Assembly: GCA_043228905.1 (NCBI GenBank)
Contig: JBHGNT010000008.1
Location: forward strand, 16,864,001-16,928,000
DNA: 64,000 nt
Source: Azolla caroliniana
Taxonomy: Eukaryota > Plantae > Polypodiophyta
Reading direction: 5' to 3'
Positions within the stretch are counted from its first letter, which is position 1. Each line of letters starts with the position of its first letter. The position numbers and the translations under genes were made by a program. Of the stretch, positions 50,907-62,160 are shown in pieces. The notes beneath the pieces are model-generated. The model worked only from the letters and a program-made list of their open reading frames with translations, was not told the DNA's origin and did not search any database.

Positions 50907-52562
50907 GTACCACAAGTCGCAGGCCGATCACTCCGTGTTTGTGAAGAAATTTTATGTAGGAGACTTCTTGATATTGCTCCTGTACATGGACAACATGTTG
51001 ATCATCGGACGAGACCAAGTCAAGATACGGATGCTGAAGAAGGCCCTTAACCGGACTTTCTCAATGAAAGACTTGGGTCCGGCAAGACAAATACTGGGGA
51101 TGCACATCATTCGGGACTGGTCGAAGAAGCAATTGTGACTATCACAGGAAAAGTACGTGACAAAGGTGCTTTAGCGGTTTAACATGTCAGAAGCAAAACC
51201 GGTCGGATCGACACTCTCAGCAAATTGCAAATTATCCAGTAAGCAAAGCCCGAAGACAAAGGCAGAGAAGGTGGATATGATGAAGATTCCATATGCCTTT
51301 GCGGTCGGGATGTACGCAATGGTGTGTACTCGACCAGATATTGGATACGCAGTCAGAGTGGTGAGTCAGTTCATGATCAGCCCCGGAAAACAACAATGGA
51401 ACGCAGTAAAATGGATACTCTGGTACTTGAAAGGCACCTCAAGTATGTGCCTCTGATTCAGCTCCGGTAAACCCCAACTCAACGGTTTCACCGATTCAGA
51501 TATGTCGGCTGATGCGGATACCTCCGATCCACATCTGGATATGTCATGACATACGCGGGGGGAGTTGTTTCGTGGCAGTCGAGGTTGTAGAAGATAGTTG
51601 CGCTGTCAACCACGAAAGTTGAGTACATGGCAGTTGTGGAAGCCGGCAAGGAAATACTATGGATGAAGGACTTCATCGGAGAGCTAGGGATCCGGCAAAA
51701 GGAATACCAGCTCTATTGCGACAGTCAAAGTGTCATCCACCTTGCGAAGAACGCGGCGTATCATTCCAAGACGAAGCACATCCAGCGTAGGTACCACTAG
51801 ATCCGGGAGTGAGTTGAAGATCAAGAGTATGTGCTGACGAAGATCTCCGACAAGCTGGACGCATGTCAGAAGAGGATCGAATTGACCAGGCATCCCATGC
51901 CGGAGTGAAGGGGGAGTTTGTTAGGATTTTGGTCCCTCCGGATGGGATATGAGTACCTGGCAACGGAAGACCCGGTGAGAACCGGATGATGCAAGCCCGG
52001 TGTCACCGGATGAAGGGTCATATATGTAAATATGTTCCAGAGAGCCCACTCGGGCTATATTTGTAAATAGCCTGAAAGTCATATTAGTATAAATATGACC
52101 TAGGGCAAACTCTTGAGGGTGTTGACACTATTTGTTGTATAGAGTTATTGAGTGTAACTGCTGTATAGTGTGTGTGTGTGTGAGAGAGAGAGGGAGAGAG
52201 AGATACAGATCGATTCTCTATTGTAACTGCCGCCAGGCAAAGATTGTGAGCAAGAGGTTGTTACCTCTGTGTTCACCTGTTGTATTCCTCTAGACATAGT
52301 GATAGTTGGAGTTTGTGGACTCCCGTGGTTTTTCCCATTTAGGGTTTTCCACGTAAACATACTGTGTACTGTCGAATACGAGTGTATAATGGCCGTATTC
52401 ACACTGTCCCTTTGGACAGCCCAGGTTTGGGCTATTTCTGTAAATAGCATAAAGGGCAGTTGCCCTACGATAGTCACTATATAAAGTGACTTTGTAACCT
52501 TTAGTGAAGGTTGGTTGTCATTTGTAACTATTACTATTAAGAAATAAAACGTTTCTTTGTGC

Positions 52563-52618
<56 letters not shown>

Positions 52619-55600
52619 GTATCTTGTTCATTCTCATACACAGGTCCTTCAACATCACAGATGTTGTTTGTTCTTCTGAATTGACGACCTTGTCCCCAAC
52701 ATTTGGTATCAGAGCGTTGGAGGTTCTTCAACCCGCTACCGACCGTCATAGTATACCACACAATACTCTGTTTAGGTTTTTCTTAAAGAACAGAGAAGAG
52801 AGAAAAAAAACAAGAAGTCTGCATCTCACTGTGTTAAATCACTAATTGGAGTAAGCTAGTCGGCTATACTCTGTTACTGTGATTGTAACCACCTGAGATT
52901 GGTCTCCAGGCAACAACCAAATTCGTGTTTCATTCGGTTGATCGACATTCGAGAGGATCAGGTGGATCCGTCCCTCTCATCGCTGCAGTCATCTGAAGCA
53001 GAATCGGCCTAAACAATCGGTTTCTTGTGATCGATATTCGGCATACAATCGGAAGCTAACCGTAGTCACTCCAAGACGGTTCAGCAAACAAGTATCCGAA
53101 ACCAAACCGACTCGGGTTCAAGACCGACTAGAACGATATTGGGTGAGCCGACCGACTACACCCAACTAAGGTTCCTAGTCAACTCCGAACAAAGTCTTAC
53201 CAACCGAAACCGAATCAGATGGCATCAGCATCCGGCTCATCGGAGATGAGTCTAAGGAGGTTCGACGGTTCGAACTTCAACTTCTGGAAGGAACAAATGC
53301 AGGACTATCTCATAGTCAAGGGTTAGATAGACCCGATTGAGAATGAAAATCCTTTAGAAGCATACAAGGCAAACGAGTGGCTAAACCTAGACAGAATCGT
53401 CCGTGCCATGATTCGGATGCACTTGTCGGAGTCAGTGTACTTCATAGTGCAATCATGCTCTGACAGTTTTTGAACTTTGGAAAACACCGTCGGAAACTTA
53501 TGAAAAGAAGGTCGCTGCAACGAAGATGTATCTGATCCGGCGCCTCTACAACTTGCAGATGAAAGAATCTGATTCGGTTCAGGCACACCTCAACGAGTAC
53601 GAAAGCCTGAACCGAATCAGAGCAATGATACTCATGAGTAGTCTCCCCTCTTCTTGGGAAACTTTCGTCACAACTGTGTGCAATGCTTCAACAACAGCCA
53701 TTAAGTACTTCGAAATCACGAGCGCAATCTTGACTGAAGTAGCTCGGAGAAAGTCTTTCGCCAAAGACTCGGAAGATGAAGCTTACGTAGTACAAGGTTC
53801 GACCGACCGATTGAACAACTGGGGAAGAAGCTCTTCCCGACCGCTGAATAATCAGCGAAGCCGGAGCAAGTCCCGGAACAACCGAATCTGCAACTACTGC
53901 AAGAAACCGGGACACATCAAAGCCGATTGCCGGGCACTTAAAGCAAAAACCGACAAAGCTCAGAGAGTGGATCAGAAGAGTAGCCGGCATGAGGAGGTCA
54001 AGGTCAACTACGTCAGCTCTTCAGCCAAAATTTTGATGACCGACCCGAACATACTGTCCATAGAGAACCCAATCGAATCAGAAGTTCTGCTTACGACTAA
54101 GGAATCAAGCACATGCCTCCTGGACTCGGGCGCATCATATCATGTGACACCTCACTGATCTCAGTTTCGGCAATGCTTGGACCGGCACTCCGACTCAGTT
54201 CGAGTCAGGAACTCAGAACACTGTGCCATAATCGGAATCGGCACCGTAGAGCTCAACCTTCTGGGTGGCTCTACCTCATACTACACAACGTCCGACACGT
54301 TCCTGAGCTTTCAAGACCCTTGATCTCAGTCAGACAACTTGACGAAGCCTGCATCCGTGCCGAGTTCTCATCAGGAGGGTGGACATTCCATAAAGCGAAC
54401 CTCCTGCTTGCTTGAGGACCAAAGGTACACTCTTTCTACCCTTTATATGTTACACTCAAAGAGGGTGACTTATTTTTTGTTGATATCCCCATGTCATCGT
54501 TATGGCACGGATGACTTGGACACCTCAGCAAGGCCGGCATAACGCACCTATCTAGAGCCGGTTACATCCCCAAGCTCTCCTTCTCGGATCACCAATTCTG
54601 CAAGCATTGCCAGTACCGCAAACAGGTAGCCGCATCACACCTGACATCAGCACCAAGAGAATCGAGTCCCCTTGATTTGGTCCACTCACATCAATCTCTT
54701 GGTAGTGCTTCGTACTTCGTCAGTTTTATTGACACCTGAACTCGGAAGTTGTGGGCTTACCCCATTAGAACCAAAGATCGGGTGTTCTCGATCTTCTCCG
54801 AATGGCTTGCAATGGTCGAAAACTAGACCGGTCGGATACTAAAATGTCTCCGAACCGATAATGGAGGAGAATTCAAGTCTGACGAATTCGTCAAATTTTG
54901 CCGGGAACGCGGCATGCGACGTGAATATACGACACCCTATAGTCCAAAGCAAAACGGAATTGCTAAACGCATGAATCAGACGATTCAAGAACGCATAGTA
55001 TCCATGCTCCGACACTTCAGACTGTCGGATGGCTTCTAGGCGGAGGCTCTACTTATGGCAGTACACATAATAAATATGTCTCCAAGTAGACCTCTAGGAC
55101 TTAAAATACCTCAGGAAACATGGACCGACAGTAAGCCAAATTATGACAAGTTGAGGATCTTCGGCTGCGAGGCGTATGCCCTCATACCAAAAAAAGACTG
55201 CCGGAAACTTGAACCAAGATCAACGAAATGCATTTTCCTTGGATATGGACCTGACGGTGAGATTGGATACCAACTCCGAGCACAGACAAATCGTCCGAAG
55301 TTCGAACGTCGTGTTCAACGAGTCGGCTATGCATAAAACGGCCGAAAGGCTTATTGAAGTCAGAAGGTTAATATTTTCCGAAGTGCCAACCCTTCATGAA
55401 GGCCCAACCCACAACACGAGATCGGTTTCACGGGTAATCGACACCTCTCGTCCGGAATCCACCGATTCAGCACAGACAACCGAATGGCTCGGCTTCCGAC
55501 CATCCAACACCTATACTCGATGCGACTAGTCCAGTCATACCTCGAAGATCCGAGAGACTGTCGCAACCTCCGGAAAGGTACTCTCCCAGAATTTTCTTTA

Positions 55601-57755
55601 GCAACGCCGGGGAACCGACGTCTTACGAAGAAGCATCGGCATCTGCCGACTCAGCCACCTGGCATCTGGTGATGGAGTCAGAAATGCACTCCATTTGCGC
55701 AAACAAGACTTGGGACTTGGTCGAATTACCGAAGAATCGACGTGCTCTTCCGTGTAAGTGGGTCTATCGACTTAAAAGAGACGTCTGACTCGACTAACCC
55801 AAAGTACAAGGCCAGATTAGTTGCGAAGGGATTTCAACAAGAATATGGCGTCGACTTCGACGAAATCTTTTCACCAGTGGTGAAAATGACAACCCTTCCT
55901 TTCATGCTCGGCGTTGTGGTCGCCGACAACTTGGAGTTAATTCAGCTAGATGTAAAAACGGCATTCCTCCATGGTGACCTACAGGAGGAAATCTATATGG
56001 AGTAGCTGAAAGGCTTTGTGGCATCCGGCCAAGAACATCTAGTCTGCCGACTCAGGAAGAGTTTATACGGCCTAAAACAGGCACCCTGACAGTGGTACAA
56101 GAAGTTCAACGACTTCATTCAGTCGGTCGGCTTCTCCAAGACTGATGAGGACCATTGTCTCTTCACCAAAACAGCTCAAGACGGGTCTCCCGTCTTCCTC
56201 ATCATTTACGTGGACGACATGCTACTCTCCGGCCGACATGCCGGAGAGCTCACCGAACTCGTTCAGAAATTGCGGTTGAAGTTTTCCATGAAGGGCCTCG
56301 GTCCGGTAAGACACATACGTAGTATGAAGATTAGTCAGCATCGTGATAAACGACAACTTTTCTTGTCTCAAACCGACTACATCGGATTTGTCTTGGAACG
56401 CTTCAACATGCACTCGGCCAAGTCTGCTTCAACCCCACTCCATATGAAATTGGTACCGTATGCACCGGCAGTCGGCTCCCTTATGTACGCGATGGTCGCA
56501 ACACGGCCTGATATTTCTCACGCCGTAGGAGTCGTCAGCAGATTCATGCACAACCCAGGCCGATCGCACTGGAATGTAGTCAAGCATGTGTTTAGATATC
56601 TAGCTGGCACAGAAGACCATGACATTCTTTTTGGCCTGAACTCAACCTCAGGCGTAGTCGGTTACACCGACTCGGACTTTGCCGGCTGTGTGGACAGCCA
56701 GAAATCAACAACCGGATATTGTTTCAAATTCGGCAATGGAGCAATCTCGTGGAAGTCGAAACTTCAGGAGTGCACAACCACCTCAACGACCGAAGCGGAA
56801 TATGTAGCTGTGTCCGACGCGGCAAAAGAAGCTTTATGGCTCGGTCGGTTGGCGCACACGTTTCGACAAGTCGACCTCGACTCGGCTCCAGTTGTCTACA
56901 ACGACTGTCGGGGTGTTGTTGCTTTGTCAAAAAATCCAGTTCACCACAATGCCTCCGAGCATATCGATGTTCGATATCACTTTGTTCAAGACTACGTCGT
57001 TTCAGGGAAAATCGGTCTCGAGAAGATATCCACAACTGATAATGTCGCAGATGGAATGAACAAGTGTCTTTCGGCGGATCGCCTCCGGTCCCTTCGGCAC
57101 CAGATGGGCGTAACGAAAAATCGGTCCGATTAAAAAGTCGAACACACAACACAGGATGGTTTCGGACAACTGACATCGGTTCTTTGAGGATCGGCTTCAG
57201 CATTTCCGACCCGACCGGTTCGGTCTTCTATCTTCAGATCTTGCCGACTCGAACAAAACCGATCTGTCCGATAAACCTTGTATATAGTTGTAATTTAAGA
57301 TAACCCATTTATACGCCCATTACGGGGGAGTGTCGAATACGAGTGTATAATGGCCGTATTCACACTATCCCTTTGGACAGCCCAATTTTGGGCTATTTCT
57401 GTAAATAGCATAAAGAGCAGTTGCCCTAGGATAGTCCCTATATAAATTGACTTTGTAACCTTTAGTGAAGGTTGGTTGTCATTTGTAACTGTTGCTATTA
57501 AGAAATAAAATGTTTCTTTGTGCCTCTCTCTCTCTCTCTCTTGGTGTGTATCTTGTTCATTCTCATACACAGGTCCTTCAACATCATAGATGTTGTTTGT
57601 TCTTCCGCACTAACGACCTTGTCCCCAACATTACCCTCTCATATTGTCTGTGTGTACGTGTATTCACCTCTATTCCCATTCTCGGTGTTTCGATTCGAAA
57701 CGACACGATCTAAGACTCAGTTGTGGCCGAGTAATATTCCGCATATTTCCCGTCA
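50907..57755 (+). mobile_element. C5: 3' part of a C1/C2-related copia (RT-RH 50907-51907; LTR 51919-52369 plus 57631-57755)
   Basis: YHKSQADH..YMDNML; PPT agggggagtt; LTR halves join across C4 and end ...TTCCCGTCA against the G4 integrase. Confidence 0.85.
52370..57630 (+). mobile_element. C4: degenerate copia of the C3 family inserted in the C5 LTR
   Basis: LTRs 52370-52701 and 57331-57630; iMet PBS 52704-52715; broken gag-pol 53219-57133; TSD imperfect (TGTAC / TTACC). Confidence 0.92.
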
Positions 57756-58353
57756 CTTATCACTACATATGGTTTGAACCATCTTCTTGCGAACTTTCTT
57801 GTTGTACTGTGTTGATTGTCAAGGTTGTTGTCGTAGACCAATACCCAATCTCCTTCGATCTTCTTGGGACGCAATCGATGTGTCCTATCAAACCGAATCT
57901 TGTTCTTCACTCATGCTGCCTCCATCATCTTTCGCACTTTTTCTAAATGTTCAGGCCTTCTTTCAAGTTGTCTTATCTGTGCCGCTAATAATTCTTCTTG
58001 GCTCATCTCGTTCTCCCATGGTATCGTTACCCATGAGGCGATCGTCCTTTCGATAGGCATTATTGGTTTTTGTCCATACATAAGCTCTGTCGGCATATAC
58101 CCTGTCACTGAACTGTGTGTAGTTTTGTCGGCCCACAAGGCATAGGAAAATAGTTGTGGCCAGTTCCCAACTCGACCGTTGCATGCTCGTACGATGGCTT
58201 TGACGATTGGTCCATGCCCTCGCTCGATCTTACCATTCACTTCTGGATTGTAGGCAGTCGTGAGGGAGATCTTCACGCCTAGTCGATCAAAGAGCTCCGT
58301 TTGCTTCGCGTGCATCCAACTCCCCTCGATCCGCCACTATCTTTCCCACACAT
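57756..58353 (-). pseudogene. G4 integrase C-terminal part, inverted
   Basis: CVGKIVADRGELDA..AYNPEVNGKIERGH..RRWFKPYVV; begins where the + strand integrase stops at 37184. Confidence 0.88.
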
Positions 58354-58449
58354 CTACATTCATTGCAAGAAACCAAAAAACCTTCAAGGTTAGTACCGTG
58401 ATATAAAATATACAATGTAGGCCACAAGAGTTGCATTACTAATTCATTA

Positions 58450-59030
58450 AGCTACACCTAGTTCCCATATTACACAACTAGTACTAATCGTGAACAATGT
58501 ACTGCTCACTTAGTTCCCAATTTACACAAGTAGTACTAATCATGAACAATGTACTACTAACTTAGTCAAATTACACAAGGAGTACTAATCCTGAACAATG
58601 TACCACTCACTTAGTTGCCAAATTACTGAACTAGTACTAATAAGGAACAAAAGTAGTATAATGAACAATGTACTGCTCACTTAGTTCCCAATTTACACAA
58701 GTAGTACTAATCATGCAGAATGCACTACTCACTTAGTTCCTAAATTACACAAGGAGTACTAATCCTGAACAATGTACTACTCACTTAGTTCCCAAATTAC
58801 AAAACTAGTAATAATCATGAGCAATGTACTACTCACTTAGTTCCCAAATTACAAAACTAGTACTAATCATGAGCAATGTACTACTCACTTAGTTCCCAAT
58901 TTACAAAACTAGTACTAATCATGAGCAATGTACTAGTTACATAGTTCCCAATTTACAGAACTAGTACCAATCATGAACAATGTACTACTCGCTAAGTACT
59001 AATCGTCAACAATGTACTACAAGTATAGTG
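58450..59030. repeat. About 51-52-bp tandem repeat, about 10 units, in a cargo-gene intron
   Basis: Unit gaacaatgtactactcacttagttcccaaattacacaagtagtactaatcat. Confidence 0.9.
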
Positions 59031-59035
59031 TGTAC

Positions 59036-59631
59036 TGTCGGGAGACAGGTCCCTCCGAATGGGAAGGGAGAAGAATAGTGTTGATGAACAAACTCGGCCG
59101 AGGCCGAAACCGGATGAGGAGTGCCCGGCCACGGAGAGCCGGATGGTGCAGACCCGATGAGGAGTGCTAACTGGATGAAGAGACATATTCGTAAATATGT
59201 TTCTGAGAATCCATCATGGCTATATTTGTAAATAGCCGAAAAGTCATATTAGTATAGATATGACTTAGGGCAAACTTTTAAAAATGGTTGTTGTCATTCT
59301 TGTTGGTGCAAGGAGAGAGAGAGCGCGTAACTGTGTACAGACAGAGAGAGAGAGAGAAAGAGGTTGTTGCCTCTGTTGTAACCGCCGCCTATGGCGAGGA
59401 TCGTGAGCATGAGGTCGTTGCCTCCGTGAACTCACTGTTGTACATTCTAACATAGTGATAGTTTGCAGCCTGTGGGCTGCCATGGTTTTTTCCCTTAGTT
59501 TGGGTTTTCCACGTAAACATCCTGCGTACTCGTCTCTTCTTCGTGTCGTTCATTACTTCCCGTTTTTATGTGTATGATTCTAAGCTCAGTTGTGGTCGAG
59601 TGTTGCGTATAGGGAGCGTGCAGTTCCATCA
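59036..59631 (+). mobile_element. Solo LTR of the C1 copia family
   Basis: TG...CA ends, TSD TGTAC on both sides, reverse complement of the C1 LTR with fewer 54-bp units. Confidence 0.93.
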
Positions 59632-60039
59632 TGTACTAACACTAGTACTAGGCACGTTGTAATATAGATTGGACTAACATCTAATCCAACAAATGTAGAT
59701 TGGATTTTAGTACTAACGTGGTATTTTGCACACAAGTAATACTAAACGTGATATGTGTTCTACACACCTAATTACACAACTTGTACTAATTACACCAATA
59801 GTATTAATCTTGAACAGTATTAGTACTAAACGTGATATGTGTTTGACACACCTCATTTCCAAATTACACAAACTGTACTAATATTCAACAATTTACTATA
59901 CACCTTGTTCCCAAATTACATAACTAGTACTAATTCCCAAGTTACACAAACAATACTAACAGTCAACAGTGTACTACAAGTATAGTGTCTACTAAACTAG
60001 TACTAGGCAAGTTGCAATATAGATTGGACGATGTTGTAC

Positions 60040-61597
60040 CTGGTTCCCTTTTAGTAGTAATTCTGGAAAATATCCCTTCAACTACACATACCAATTATAT
60101 ATTAAGAGTACTACCAATACTAACCCACATAATTAGGGTTCGACATATTAGTTGTTAGAGATACACTAATACTAAACCATTGTTCTCCTAAATTTGAAGT
60201 ATGAATTGTGGCGTACACTAGTTCTAATCCAAATGTAAATTGACATCATATAATACAAACAATAGAATAGTAGAGCCACATACCGTACGGCTGTACTTTT
60301 AAACCCCAAGCATAGTACCACTCAACCGCAATTGTAGTTTTACAGTCCATACATGTATTCTCTTTCTCAAAATGATACTTAGCACATAGCACATGATATG
60401 TGTGCAAGCACGGTGTAATCACAACATCCATAGCCTCCAACTTGAATCCGAGGCCACAAAATATACACCTGGCAGATTGCAAACACAAGTTATAATATAT
60501 TAGCTAATATGATATTTATACCACATAAGTAGAGATAAATAACTTTTAAAGCCAATACCATGATATAGCTATACTAGTAATGGTACTTTCCATACCACTT
60601 GGGTGCTCAATTACAGATGGACACAAAGTTTCAAAACCTTTTTGTTTTAAATCCTGCATCAAGCACGCAAGGTTCTCGGAATGCAACTTTAAAGCTGACA
60701 ACTTATTATCTATTTTGGACAAGGCTCTCATCTGTGAACCTAATTGAGTGCCCATATTGTTTAGCTCTTTCTTCAACTCCTCTTTCAACACCTCACTTTC
60801 TGAATTTTGGATTGTCGATGCAATCCATTCATATGTAGTCTTTAATGAAGAGAATTTCTTTTCTGCCTGTATCTCAACTGATTTCACTGCTTCCAAATCA
60901 ACAAGTAGTGCTTGTATTCTTGAGCTCATAGAAGCTATGCAACTGGCCATCATCTGTTCATGCTTTTCAGTCATTGTGGCCCGTACCTTTGCAGATTGAA
61001 CTTGGTGGACAAGTGTTGTAGCCGGAATATCCACATGAGAGGTTCCTGATGACTTCAAGCTAGTGTTGGTACTGGAGGACCCTTTATAATGTTCTGACTG
61101 GTGCCAATTAAAATCTTCCCAATCTACGTCGATGCCACCCTGAACTTCACATGCAAATGCACGTGCAAAAATAGTACCCACCTCATTGTTACAGATTTGA
61201 TTTGTATCATAAACATGTTCATATCTCGTCTTCAATAAGTTCACATATTTCCTCTTCAATCCACTTATGTGGAATCCTCGCCTTGTATCGACATGTGTTG
61301 ACCCCTAGGTTTTTATCAACCACTCTCTCAGCTCAAGATAAACTTTAGGTCGTGCTCGAAGGAAATAACTCCATCCGAGAGGTGTGTCGAATGATGGAGT
61401 GGTACATCTTCTTTCTCTGTGTTGATGAATTCATCACCCTTTCTCTTGTGGGTGTCTTCTTGCTTTCTTTGATAGGTGTCCTTTTTCCTTCCTTCACTGG
61501 TGTCTTCACTTTCTCTTTCATCAATGTCTTCTTTATGGGTGTCCTTCTCGTCATTGTCCTAGTCATCACTATTCTCGTTGAATGAATATGCATGTAC
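60040..61597 (-). pseudogene. Cargo gene, 5' exons: basic TP-repeat region, coiled coil, RING-H2 finger, 42-nt exon (60081-60040)
   Basis: CIFC-x15-CLHTYHVLC-x10-CMDC fits C3H2C3; donor tacg|gtatgt near 60283; micro-exon tgtag|ttgaag...aaccag|gtacaa. Confidence 0.7.
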
Positions 61598-62160
61598 TAG
61601 AATAAAACTCATCAAATTACCATCAACACATAGCAAATCATCACATTGCATGTACAAGCCATGTCAAACACACAAAAACCCTAAATAGTCAGAAGAAAAC
61701 TCATCCATGTCTAACACATACAAATTAAAAACAAATTGACAGGAAACACAGAGAAAACGAAAACATACCAACAAAACGAAAACATAGCAACTCATCATAG
61801 CCAAATCCATCTAAGTTGCATGTACAAACCATGTCAAACACACAACCACCCTAAACAGTAGGAAGAAAACTCATCCATGTCAAACACATACAAATTAAAA
61901 ACAGACAGACAGGAAACATAGAGAAAATGAAAACATACCAGTTGGGCATGCAACACATAGACTATGAATAATCAAAACCTAAAAATGACCATACACATAC
62001 AAATTAAAAACAGACGGACAAGAAACACAGAGAAAATGAAAACATACCAGTTGGGCATGCAGCACAGAGAATACCTGGAGGTCGTACAAGCTGCACATGG
62101 ATTGATGGGTCAAAGGCAGATGGAGCCAAGGTCAAGGCAGAGGTACCACACCTTGGGAGC

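Larger units (their letters stand above)
58354..62160. mobile_element. Sola2-like transposon, part 2 (5' half of cargo gene and introns), interrupted by a solo LTR and C6
   Basis: Joins 37185 at a splice acceptor once the inversion is undone; same AT-rich GTAC-rich composition as part 1. Confidence 0.62.

Noticed and set aside
52365-57635. Mismatched C4 flanks suggesting an inter-element recombinant
   Set aside because: Both flanks are consecutive parts of the same C5 LTR; a 1-bp loss in the TSD explains the mismatch.
59100-59180. Hammerhead ribozyme (retrozyme) in LTR GATGA motifs
   Set aside because: No CTGANGA..GAAA core with the required stems was found by eye.
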